A stretch of 64,000 nt of DNA from positions 13,910-77,909 of the forward strand of contig CAIRNV010000316.1 in the NCBI GenBank assembly GCA_903880005.1, in the 5' to 3' direction. Under the pieces are notes generated by a model. That model was given only the letters and a program-made list of their open reading frames with translations, made no database searches and had not been told where the DNA came from. This stretch comes from an uncultured Verrucomicrobiota bacterium. Lineage in GTDB: Bacteria; Verrucomicrobiota; Verrucomicrobiia; Limisphaerales; UBA9464. The position numbers and the translations under genes were made by a program. Shown here one piece after another: positions 46,323-55,067 of the stretch (within the stretch, counting starts at the first letter, position 1; every line of letters begins with the position of its first letter).

Positions 46323-46402
46323 ATCCAATACGGGCAGGTTGTTCGGCCGGCGGACGGTAATGCGGCGCGGCAGCCCACGTGGCTCCGCCTTGGGCCGTCG
46401 CC

Positions 46403-49400
46403 CTACCAGGATCCCAGGCCCTCCACGTGGGCGGCGGAGCCGTCGCGCAACCACCCGTCCAACTGGGCCGGGTCCTTGAGTTGCTGCCCACGCAGGCGCG
46501 GCACCTCCACAAACGCCGAGCGCACGTCTGGGATCGCCGTCAGGTCGCCCCACAACTTCTCGAACTGCGCCACTGGGAACACGTCCTCCTGCCCGTGTCC
46601 CCAGCGCTTCTTCACGTCCTTCAACGTCACGTAGGTCGGCAATCGCAAGGCCAGGTCGCGAATCGCCGCGCCAATCCGTTCGCCGTCCTCCGCCAAGACC
46701 GCCGCCCGATCCAACCCCATGGCCGACAACCACAGGTCGATGTCGATCCAGGTCGTCATCGAGTTGTAGTATGAAAGCCCGAACTCATCCTCCTCGCGGG
46801 GCATCGCCAGGCCCTCCACCAACCGCACCTGCCCGTTCACCCGGGCCAAGCCGCCGCCGCGATCCTCCAATCGACGCGGAATCACCTCGAACCCCAACGT
46901 CGCGCCGCTCCGCCGATGCCACCCCAACAGCACCGGGTCCACGTCCGCCCCCAGCGTGTCGATGTTGTGCAACATCAGCGTCCGCAACGCCGGCCGGGCG
47001 CGCAGCATCCGCGCCAGCACCCCGTTGCGCAGCAGGTTGGGCACCTCGTAGAAATGCCCCACCGGATGCATGCATTGCAGCGGGACGTTGTCCGTGTAGT
47101 CGCTTCCCTCGCCCGCCGACGTCGCCCAGCCCATCAATGCGGCGCGCAGCGATTCCCGGACCTTCTGCTGCTGCTCGTCCAGCACCTGCTGGGGCATCTC
47201 CTCCCACTGGAACCGCAGGTCCCGCACCATCGGGACCAGTCGAAGCCCCACGCTGCGCCCCGGGGACACCCACACCTCGCCCGCCTGCACCTCCGGCAAC
47301 CCGCCCAACTCGCGCGCGAGGTACCGCTCCGTCGGCCCGTGCGTCAGGTAGCTTGTCGTCAAGACGTGCAACGGCCGCATCCCATGGCGTTCCCCGACCC
47401 GCCTCGACTTGGCCAGGTGCACCTCCAGGAACGTCCGATGCCGCCCCGCCAACCGGCAAAATGGGTGCAGCGCCTTGCACACCCCCGCCCCTTGGGTCCA
47501 CCGGGACCCCGCCCCGGCCGACAGCGTCACCACCGCCACCTCGCCCCCGGCCAAGGCCGCCTCGCCCTCCCGACGCAACCCCGCATCATCCGCCAGGGCC
47601 TTCCACCTCGACACATCCCCTTCCGCCACGTCCTCGATCCGCGCGTCCGCCCGCAGCCGGTTTTGCGCCAGTCCAATCCGCCCCTCTCGCAAGTCACGCC
47701 GCACCAGCTCATGCTGCTCGCGGTCGAACCCGTTTGCCTCCAGCAACTCCCGAAGGCTCTCGTCGCCCCTCCGCCCGGATCGCTCGCGGGGAACCAACGC
47801 GTCAAACAGCACCTGCACCATGCCCCGAAGCTCCGGGCTGTTGCGCGCCGCTGCTCCAAACCGATCCAACTCCACGCGGCGAACCCCCGGCAGCGAACGA
47901 TTGTCCCGACGCACCAAGGTCGGGACCGTCAGGGCGTAGTAGTCGCGCGGCATCAGGGCATCCGCCCCGAAAAGCACGTCGGCCCACGTGCCGCGCTCAT
48001 TGATCGCGTAGTCGAACACCACCGGGTCCATCGCGAATGGCAGGCCCTCCTGCATCTCGCGCTTCGTCCGGACCATGATCTCCAGCAAGCGATCCTGGGC
48101 CTCCGCCTTGCGCGAGGGCTCAAAGATGAAGCCCATGCCTCCCCCCGACATCCCGCCCAGCATCCAGAACCCCCAAAAATCCCCTCCAAACGCCTCCGCA
48201 ACCCGGGCGATGACCTGCTCGGTGAAATGGTTGGTCGCCCACGGGATGATGGCCTGCAACGGACCCCGAAAATTCCGGGTCGTCGCCGCCCCCAACGCCC
48301 GGATGTCCCCCCGCCGCAAGGCGTCCACCACCTCGCCCAGGACGCCCAACGCCTCCTGCCGCCCCCTCCACTCCGGCCCCGAACGCAGCAGGTACTTCTC
48401 CGTCACCATCTCCAGGATCGGCCCCACGTTCTGGGCCATCCCGCCGTGGACCACCACCAAGGACTCTTGCAGCGCGCGCCTTGCGGACTCCGGAACCTCG
48501 TCGCGTCCAAACACATGGTGGACCGGCATCAGACGCCCGCGTGACACGCCCCACTCCGGATCCTCGTCCTTCGCCGCGACGCCGGTGATCAACTTGATCC
48601 CGGGCCAGACGCCACCCGAGTCCTGCCAGCCACCGCCGGACCCGCCCAGCCATTCCCCGAGCAACGCACGAGCCAACACCTGACGTCGCTCCGACTCCTC
48701 CAACGCACCCGTCAACGATCGCGCCTGGCCCGTCGCCCGCATGCACGCCGAGACCAACGAGCCCAACAGGTTCGTGCTCACGGCCAGCCGCGATCCCTTC
48801 GGGATCCCGTTCACGCTCGAAACCACCTCCAGCCCACGCCCCGGCCCCACCACCTGCCCGAGCACCTCCCCCAGCGAATGCCCGGAGCCCTCAATCCCCG
48901 GCGGCACAATCCCCGAGGCAATCACCGCCGCCTTCAGCAACCCAAGGTAGTCCTTCGCAAAGTCAAAAACGTCCGCCAACGACTCCACGTCCGCCGTCGC
49001 CCCAAGGTCCACCGACGTCAACCTCAGCACCGGCTCGTCCAGCACCCGCAGCCATGCGCTCACCGGCGGCCGCGGCTCCGGGTCCCGCCCGTGAACCCCC
49101 AGGTTGACCGAGATGTTCACCACCCGCGCCCCCTCGGGGTAATCCATGCCGAGGAAGAAAATGTCCGACCACGCCGAATGCGTGAGGTCCATCCGCACGG
49201 GCGTCTCCTCGCGAAGGATCGGATAGGCGCCGTCGGCGTCCTTCTGAAGCAGCTCCGGGCGAATCCGCAGCGGCTGGTCCAGCGGATGCCCCATCCGGAA
49301 CATCCACTGGTTCCCGCGCACCGACCGCACGCTGCGCCGCACCTGGTCCGCCAACGTCTGGAACGCCAGCCGCTGGTACGCCGCCGCCAACGCCGAGCTG

Positions 49401-49750
49401 ATCGCGTCGCTTGGCCCCTCCGCCGTCTGCCGTCGCAGGAAGACATCGATGGCCTCGCCGAAGCGCCGGCCCAGCAGGTCCTCGAATCCCTCGAAGGGTA
49501 TCCAGCCCGCCCCGGCCCTTCCTTCCACCGCCAGCCGCGCAGGCAAATGATACCGGTGGATGGCATGCAGGAAGAAGAGGGCCCGCACCCTCTCGTACAG
49601 GTTCTCCGACCGCCTCCGGAAGGCGTCCAGCTCGGCCGCCCACCCCGCCAGGTCCGCCGAGGTGGCGCCCTCCAGCAACCCTTCCAAGGCCCGGTCCCGC
49701 AGCGCGGGTTCCCCCGACGTGATCGTCTCCAGCAATGTCCTCGCGTCCAC
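46403..49750 (-). CDS. Fusion protein: GHMP/fucokinase-like sugar kinase domain + UDPGP-family NDP-sugar pyrophosphorylase domain
   Basis: 1115 aa from GTG 49750, with aaggaag 5 nt upstream; the track start at 49921 would overlap the upstream gene by 139 nt. N-terminal half: IPKGSRLAVSTNLLGSLVSAC, GGSGGGWQDSGGVWPGIKLI, FWMLGGMSGGGMGFIF. C-terminal half: VAVVTLSAGAGSRWTQGAGVCKAL, MLHNIDTLGADVD. Confidence 0.7.
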   Translation of the reverse strand: MDARTLLETITSGEPALRDRALEGLLEGATSADLAGWAAELDAFRRRSENLYERVRALFFLHAIHRYHLPARLAVEGRAGAGWIPFEGFEDLLGRRFGEAIDVFLRRQTAEGPSDAISSALAAAYQRLAFQTLADQVRRSVRSVRGNQWMFRMGHPLDQPLRIRPELLQKDADGAYPILREETPVRMDLTHSAWSDIFFLGMDYPEGARVVNISVNLGVHGRDPEPRPPVSAWLRVLDEPVLRLTSVDLGATADVESLADVFDFAKDYLGLLKAAVIASGIVPPGIEGSGHSLGEVLGQVVGPGRGLEVVSSVNGIPKGSRLAVSTNLLGSLVSACMRATGQARSLTGALEESERRQVLARALLGEWLGGSGGGWQDSGGVWPGIKLITGVAAKDEDPEWGVSRGRLMPVHHVFGRDEVPESARRALQESLVVVHGGMAQNVGPILEMVTEKYLLRSGPEWRGRQEALGVLGEVVDALRRGDIRALGAATTRNFRGPLQAIIPWATNHFTEQVIARVAEAFGGDFWGFWMLGGMSGGGMGFIFEPSRKAEAQDRLLEIMVRTKREMQEGLPFAMDPVVFDYAINERGTWADVLFGADALMPRDYYALTVPTLVRRDNRSLPGVRRVELDRFGAAARNSPELRGMVQVLFDALVPRERSGRRGDESLRELLEANGFDREQHELVRRDLREGRIGLAQNRLRADARIEDVAEGDVSRWKALADDAGLRREGEAALAGGEVAVVTLSAGAGSRWTQGAGVCKALHPFCRLAGRHRTFLEVHLAKSRRVGERHGMRPLHVLTTSYLTHGPTERYLARELGGLPEVQAGEVWVSPGRSVGLRLVPMVRDLRFQWEEMPQQVLDEQQQKVRESLRAALMGWATSAGEGSDYTDNVPLQCMHPVGHFYEVPNLLRNGVLARMLRARPALRTLMLHNIDTLGADVDPVLLGWHRRSGATLGFEVIPRRLEDRGGGLARVNGQVRLVEGLAMPREEDEFGLSYYNSMTTWIDIDLWLSAMGLDRAAVLAEDGERIGAAIRDLALRLPTYVTLKDVKKRWGHGQEDVFPVAQFEKLWGDLTAIPDVRSAFVEVPRLRGQQLKDPAQLDGWLRDGSAAHVEGLGSW

Positions 49751-49782
49751 CCTGCTTCCTTTCGCTTGGGGTTCCTCGTGGC

Positions 49783-50619
49783 CTAGGCCCGTTGGGCCAT
49801 CAACTCGACCAGACCGGACAAGACCTCGTCCCGGTCCTGCCCTCCCAGGGCCAGGCCGAGTTGGGCGTTCAGCAAGCCATACCGCGCCCCCAGGTCGTGC
49901 CGGCGCCCCTCCAGCTCGCATGCGAGGTACCGCTCGTGCGCCGCCGTCTCACGCAGGATCTCCGACAGGTGCACCGCCCCCCCGTTCTCCCCCAGCCTGC
50001 GGTCCAGGCGCTCCATCACCGACGCCGTCAACACGTGCATCCCAAAAAAACACAGGTACCGCCCCGCCCTCAACCCCGGCACCACCAACCTCTGCTCCGC
50101 CTCCGTCGGCGTCGGCTTCTCCAGCACCTCGCGCACCTCGTACAGCCCGGGCTGTCCCGCCACCCGCCTCCCGCCCACCGCCCCGAAATGGGGCAGCTTG
50201 CTCTCGTGCGTCGCCTGGACCGCCGAGACCGGGCACCCCTCCCGGGAAGCCACCTCGACCAATTGCCGGGCACATCCATCGCCTCGGTGACTGACGTAAA
50301 CATGGTCGCCCACCAACAGAAGAAAGGGACCCGCCCCGACGAAACCCCGCCCACACCACACCGCATGCCCGTAGCCCCGCGGCTCCGTTTGCTCCACGAA
50401 CTCGACCCGGCCCCCATGCTCGCCCGCCGCCTCCGCATAGGCCCGTTGGTCCCCGGGGTGCACCACCACGCCCACCCGGTCCACCCCCGCCGCCAACGCC
50501 TCCCGAATGATGATGGACAGCACCGTCCGCTGCACCCCATCCCGGTCCACCATCGTCTGCAGGGGCAGCGTCCTCTGCCCGCGCCCCGCCGCCGTGATCA
50601 ACGCTTTGTCCACCTTCAT
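49783..50619 (-). CDS. GalU-like sugar-1-phosphate nucleotidyltransferase
   Basis: 278 aa from ATG 50619. [15 protein letters not shown] nucleotide-binding loop, [40 protein letters not shown], and [13 protein letters not shown], as in UTP-glucose-1-phosphate uridylyltransferases. Confidence 0.75.
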   Translation of the reverse strand: MKVDKALITAAGRGQRTLPLQTMVDRDGVQRTVLSIIIREALAAGVDRVGVVVHPGDQRAYAEAAGEHGGRVEFVEQTEPRGYGHAVWCGRGFVGAGPFLLLVGDHVYVSHRGDGCARQLVEVASREGCPVSAVQATHESKLPHFGAVGGRRVAGQPGLYEVREVLEKPTPTEAEQRLVVPGLRAGRYLCFFGMHVLTASVMERLDRRLGENGGAVHLSEILRETAAHERYLACELEGRRHDLGARYGLLNAQLGLALGGQDRDEVLSGLVELMAQRA

Positions 50620-50783
50620 CGGCTCCTCTCCTACCAACCCACGACCACCGTTCCCACCAATTTCCTCCTGCTCGCCCCCGTCAGCCCCCCCCCGGACGCC
50701 ACACCGCCCCGCCCCGACTCCCATCCTTGCCGGATTCGCCCGCCGCCCGCACCGTCGGCGGCGTGAGCGAGCACTCCACCGGC

Positions 50784-51260
50784 ATGAGCCTCCAGGACCA
50801 GTACGACGACGCCATGTTCGACTACTCCACCGGCGCCTTCGACTCCGCCCTCGCCAAGTTCAATGTCATCCTGGATGCCGAACCCGCCCACTTCGACGCC
50901 CGCCTTGCCCTGGCCATGTGCCATTACCGCATCGGGGACTTCGCCGCCGCCATCGCCGAAGGCCACAAGGCCGAGGCCCTTCGCCCCAACGAGCAACTCG
51001 TCCACACCAACTTGTCCCTGTTCTACATGAAGTCCGGCGACAAGACGACGGCCGAGAAGCACGGACTCAAGGCCCGCATCTCCGCGTGGAAGCAAGACAT
51101 GACCGCCCCCGCGCCCGCCACCCACGCCCACGAAGATCCCGAGCTCCAGCTCGCCCAGCCCAAGCCCAAGGCCTTCAAGCTCCCCGAGAAATTCCCGGAC
51201 ATGCCGTGGAAGAAGCAGCCCAAGCTCGGGTCCGCCACCCCCCCCACCCCCGCACCCTGA
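50784..51260 (+). CDS. Small TPR-like protein
   Basis: 158 aa from ATG 50784. TPR-like helices ([60 protein letters not shown]) and a Pro-rich tail. Confidence 0.55.
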   Translation: MSLQDQYDDAMFDYSTGAFDSALAKFNVILDAEPAHFDARLALAMCHYRIGDFAAAIAEGHKAEALRPNEQLVHTNLSLFYMKSGDKTTAEKHGLKARISAWKQDMTAPAPATHAHEDPELQLAQPKPKAFKLPEKFPDMPWKKQPKLGSATPPTPAP

Positions 51261-51279
51261 CACCGCACCCCGCCCCCGC

Positions 51280-51684
51280 ATGAAAGTCGAACTCTTCTGC
51301 CTGTGCGACGCCGCCACCGAGGCCGCCGGCAAGCTCAATATCCTCGGCGCCTTCGATCGCGTCTGGACCCGCGAGGTCCCCGCCACCCTCGCCCATTGTG
51401 CCGTCGCCGCTCGCGTCCGCTTCTCCCGCATCGAGGAGGGCGCTCATCGCATCCGCATCAGCTTCGCCGACGAGGACGGCCAACTCGTCATCCCGCCCAT
51501 GGAGTCCGGCATCGAGCTGCGCTTCCCATCCAACGAGCTCTCCGTCCCCATCAACCTCATCGTCATCCTGCCCCAACTGAAGCTCCCCAAGCTCGGCGAC
51601 TACACCATCGACCTCGCCATCGACTCCATCCACCTCGCCTCCCTCCCCCTCATGGTACGGGAAAACCCCCAGCCCAAGGCCTAG
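51280..51684 (+). CDS. Conserved-looking hypothetical protein (134 aa)
   Basis: MKVELFCLCDAATEAAGKLNILGAFDRVW... Beta-rich with good GC3. It resembles a small family I recall as DUF6941-like, but I cannot verify that here. Confidence 0.5.
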   Translation: MKVELFCLCDAATEAAGKLNILGAFDRVWTREVPATLAHCAVAARVRFSRIEEGAHRIRISFADEDGQLVIPPMESGIELRFPSNELSVPINLIVILPQLKLPKLGDYTIDLAIDSIHLASLPLMVRENPQPKA

Positions 51685-51721
51685 CCCCGCGCGCCGCGCC
51701 ACGCCGCACTACCCCCAGCCC

Positions 51722-52054
51722 ATGCCCGATTCATCCCCCTTCGACGCCGCCGACGTCTCCAGTCTGCCCCCCGGCGCCCACCGCACCGTCGAAGGCCGCG
51801 GCCGACGCGTCGCCCTCTTCAACCTCGACGGAACCTTCCACGCCATCGACGACGCTTGCCCCCACCGCGGCGCGTCGCTGGCCGAGGGTTGGTGCGAGAA
51901 CGGCCAGGTCCTCTGCCCGCTCCACGGATGGGCCTTCGACGTCCGCACCGGACAAGGACTCACGCGCCCCGACCGCCCCGTGACCACCTACCGCACCGAG
52001 GTCCGCGACGGCCGCGTCTGGATCCACCTCCCGCCCGCGACCGCCGCCGAATGA
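51722..52054 (+). CDS. Rieske [2Fe-2S] domain protein (NirD-like small ferredoxin)
   Basis: 110 aa. Rieske ligand motifs CPHRGASL and CPLHGWAF separated by 17 residues. Confidence 0.8.
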   Translation: MPDSSPFDAADVSSLPPGAHRTVEGRGRRVALFNLDGTFHAIDDACPHRGASLAEGWCENGQVLCPLHGWAFDVRTGQGLTRPDRPVTTYRTEVRDGRVWIHLPPATAAE

Positions 52055-53217
52055 AGGTCCTGCACCTCAACACCCAGTTCGCAGCCATGGGTGGCGTCGA
52101 GGCCGTCCTTCGCTTCCAGCACGAGTCCGACCACCTCCACGGGATGGATTCCCGGTTCGTCTCCATGTGGGAACCCGCCCACCCCGGCTTCCCCCACGCG
52201 CGATTCCTCGGCTACGAACGCTCCACTTCCATCCGCGAGGCCCGCCGCCGCATGGCCGCCGCATGGCCTGGGTTCCATCCCGACATCAGCCTTCACCACA
52301 CCGTCTGGGGCCAACCCTACCTCCTCGACCTCGACCCCGCCCCGCGCCGCGTCCTGATGCTGCACAGCGACGTCCCGGGCCTCGAAAACCTCGCCGCCCG
52401 ACGCCTCGCCTCCATGCACGGGGCCATCGGCGTCAGCGACGTCCTGGTCCAACGGGCCCGGACGGCCGCGCCCCATTGGCCCAACGACCGCTTCCTGCGC
52501 ATCGATTACCCCGTCCACCCGCCCGCATGGCTCCAACCCGGGGCCCTACCACGCCCCGCCACCGAGCTGGTCCTCGGCTTCGCCGGCCGACTCGAGTCCG
52601 CCCAAAAACGCGTCGAACGCTTCATCGACCTCTCTCGAAGGTTGTCCCAAGCCCAGCTCCCCTGGCGCATGGAATTCGTCGGGGACGGCTCCCTCCGCCC
52701 ACAACTCGAAGCCGCCCTTCCCGACCGCCAACGCCATCGCTTCCACGGCCGCCTCGGCGGCGACGACTACTGGCGCGTCGTCGCCTCATGGGATGCCATC
52801 GTGTTCACCTCCGACTTCGAGGGAACGCCCATCTCCCTCATCGAGGCCATCACCGCTGGCGTCGTCCCCTTTCACCCCGCCGTCGGCTGCGGCGGCGACG
52901 CCTATGCCCGGCACATCGATCCCGACCTCGTGTATCCCGCCGCCGACATCGAGGGCCTCGCGGATCGCATCGGCGCATTCGCCAAGTGGAGCCCGGGACG
53001 TCGGGAGCAGGCGCGTTCCCGCGCACGCGACCTCGCCTCGCGCCACGACCCTCGCCGCTACCTCCAACGCATCGCCGGCTTCCTCGGGCACATCGCGCAA
53101 GCCCCCTCCCCTCACGCGGCGCCCGTCACGCGACGATGGTTCTTCCCCATGGACCGCCTTCGCTTCGGCGACTTCGAGCGCATCGCCCAATGGACGGCCC
53201 GGCTCCGACGGCGCTAG
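52051..53217 (+). CDS. Glycosyltransferase, GT-B fold (GT4-like)
   Basis: 388 aa. ATG 52051 overlaps the Rieske stop (ATGA). N-terminus MKVLHLNTQFAAMGGVE. C-terminal E-x7-E region FTSDFEGTPISLIEAITAGVVPF. The stop TAG (53215-53217) lies inside the left inverted repeat of element B2. Confidence 0.75.
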   Translation: MKVLHLNTQFAAMGGVEAVLRFQHESDHLHGMDSRFVSMWEPAHPGFPHARFLGYERSTSIREARRRMAAAWPGFHPDISLHHTVWGQPYLLDLDPAPRRVLMLHSDVPGLENLAARRLASMHGAIGVSDVLVQRARTAAPHWPNDRFLRIDYPVHPPAWLQPGALPRPATELVLGFAGRLESAQKRVERFIDLSRRLSQAQLPWRMEFVGDGSLRPQLEAALPDRQRHRFHGRLGGDDYWRVVASWDAIVFTSDFEGTPISLIEAITAGVVPFHPAVGCGGDAYARHIDPDLVYPAADIEGLADRIGAFAKWSPGRREQARSRARDLASRHDPRRYLQRIAGFLGHIAQAPSPHAAPVTRRWFFPMDRLRFGDFERIAQWTARLRRR

Positions 53218-53453
53218 TGTCGTGTCTCACAAATGGCTGGTGTTTCGCCGCGAGGGATTTTCGTGTCCAAAGAGGAGCGAGCCACCACGTGGGACGCGAA
53301 ACGAGCCGCGGCCCTTCGGGTTGCTCCAAGAATGCCCCGGGGCTTCGTGGTTCGTCCGTCACAGACCGCTGCGGGTAGGCTCCGTCCTCACGCCTTGCCC
53401 CGGGGCATTCTTGGAACAACCCAACACCAGCGATTTGTGAGACACGACACTAG
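53214..53453. repeat. Inverted-repeat element family B, long (240 bp) form with nested inverted repeat
   Basis: Left end ctagtgtcgtgtctcacaaatggctggtgtt is complementary at 30 of 31 positions to right end aacaccagcgatttgtgagacacgacactag. It shares the loop sequence tggtgtttcgccgcgagggattttc with B1 and carries an internal pair ccaagaatgccccgggg / ccccggggcattcttgg. Confidence 0.8.
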
Positions 53454-53539
53454 GTCGATGGTCTTCAACAGACCCACGGCACCCGGCGGAGCCTTGAAAT
53501 CCGATGGAAGGGCGTGGCTTGGAGGGACACGGCCACGGA

Positions 53540-55027
53540 TCACCGGGTGAGGGCTGGGGCCAGTTGCCGCGCGACGAACTCGCGCGTTCGCCAAGACTGC
53601 CACAACCATGCTCGAAACCCGCCCGCAAGGAGCAGGCATCCACCCAGCACGGCAACCGACCCCCACGCACGGCCCAACCCCAGCTCCTGGTCCAGGACCC
53701 ACGCCACGCACCACGGCGCCGCCAAGGCCGCCATCGTCCCGAGCGCGGCGGACCACGGGCCTCGCATCAGCCCCGACATGGAAAGCCCCACCCACGAGGC
53801 CAGCCACGGCCCCGCCACCACCCACGCCATGCGTTCCGGCCACACCCACGCCTGGTTCGTCCTCCACGCCGCCCACGCCAGCAGGCCATGCGTCACCAAA
53901 GGCGCGCCAAAACGCGTCGCCAAGATCCATGCCCCCCGCCGGATGAACGCGTGGTCCGTCAACGCCGTCGTCAGCAGCAACTCCATCGCGCCGGAAGACA
54001 GCTCGCGTCGGTAGCCCCGTGCCGCGGCCACGCCCATCGCCGCGAGCACCGCCCACCCGGCCAGCTCGACGCCCCAGCGCCGCACGTCATGCGCGGGAGC
54101 CACCCGCCGTTCCAACGCCGCAGCGACGGCCCACGACACCACCAGCACGCCTACCCAAAGCCACCACGTCGGCATCCGGCCTGGCTCGCGGAGCCAAAGC
54201 CAACGCAACGGGTTCCTCCCTCGCACCCTCGCCCCGTCACCCCGCCTCCAATGCCAGCGCCAGGCCCGTTCCTCCACCCGCTCGACATCGTCGTCGTCCG
54301 CAAACGCCGGTGGTGGGTCCCCCACTTCCTCCTCTGCCGACCGCGCCACAAGGACCGAGGCAATCCATGGCAAAACCCGAAGAACCAGCACGGCCAGCAC
54401 GCCCAGCGCATACGTCGTTCCCAACACGGGCCACAACCACGGGGGAGGACGCCTCAGCATCGCGATCAAGCCCAGGATCGTGCCGCCCACCAGCGCGCCG
54501 CCCGTCAGCGTCAACGTGACCGTCGTGCCCACCCATTCTGACGGACGCCGGACCATGGCCGACGCCATCAAGCCCGCCGCGAGACCCGTGGCGCCCATGG
54601 CCGCCTCGAACGTCACGTGGGCCACCGTGTCCTGCCATCCAACAGCCCCCAGGACCAACGGGACCACGCCGGCGGGGACGGTTGCCAGCCACGCGGCCGC
54701 GAGACGCACGACCGCGCCCAAGGCTTTTCCCAGGACCACGGACGCAGGCGTGAGACGCGTCAGCAGCAACAACGGCAACGTGCCGTCCATGCGTTCCCGC
54801 ATGAGGGCCGGCGCCCCCACCCATGCTCCCGCCGCCAGCAACCCGACGCACATCACCAAGTGGAACATGCGCGCCACGTGCAACCCGATCTGCCCCGAGG
54901 GGGCCTCCACGATCGAAGCCAAGGCGCCCAGCAAGGCCATCCCCCCCAACGCAGCGATCCAACGCGAGAACAGGAACACCGGGTCGCGCGAGGCCCCCAG
55001 CAGCTCACGCTGAAGCAAGGTCATCAT
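53540..55027 (-). CDS. Polytopic membrane protein with two ABC-2-permease-like modules
   Basis: ~495 aa from ATG 55027 (MMTLLQRELLGASRD). Many TM helices. Two copies of the ABC-2/NosY/GldF-type motif: MRERMDGTLPLLLLTRLTP and YRRELSSGAMELLLTTALTD. The track start at 55120 would overlap the upstream gene. Confidence 0.6.
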   Translation of the reverse strand: MMTLLQRELLGASRDPVFLFSRWIAALGGMALLGALASIVEAPSGQIGLHVARMFHLVMCVGLLAAGAWVGAPALMRERMDGTLPLLLLTRLTPASVVLGKALGAVVRLAAAWLATVPAGVVPLVLGAVGWQDTVAHVTFEAAMGATGLAAGLMASAMVRRPSEWVGTTVTLTLTGGALVGGTILGLIAMLRRPPPWLWPVLGTTYALGVLAVLVLRVLPWIASVLVARSAEEEVGDPPPAFADDDDVERVEERAWRWHWRRGDGARVRGRNPLRWLWLREPGRMPTWWLWVGVLVVSWAVAAALERRVAPAHDVRRWGVELAGWAVLAAMGVAAARGYRRELSSGAMELLLTTALTDHAFIRRGAWILATRFGAPLVTHGLLAWAAWRTNQAWVWPERMAWVVAGPWLASWVGLSMSGLMRGPWSAALGTMAALAAPWCVAWVLDQELGLGRAWGSVAVLGGCLLLAGGFRAWLWQSWRTREFVARQLAPALTR

Positions 55028-55067
55028 GGGGCGGCGTGGCCGTCGCCCGGCGTGGACGTCCTCCCGT

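Noticed and set aside
49751-49921. Longer start (ATG 49921) for the kinase-pyrophosphorylase fusion
   Set aside because: It would overlap the upstream GalU-like gene by 139 nt and add a Gly/Pro/Arg-rich extension. GTG 49750 has an aaggaag Shine-Dalgarno-like sequence just upstream.
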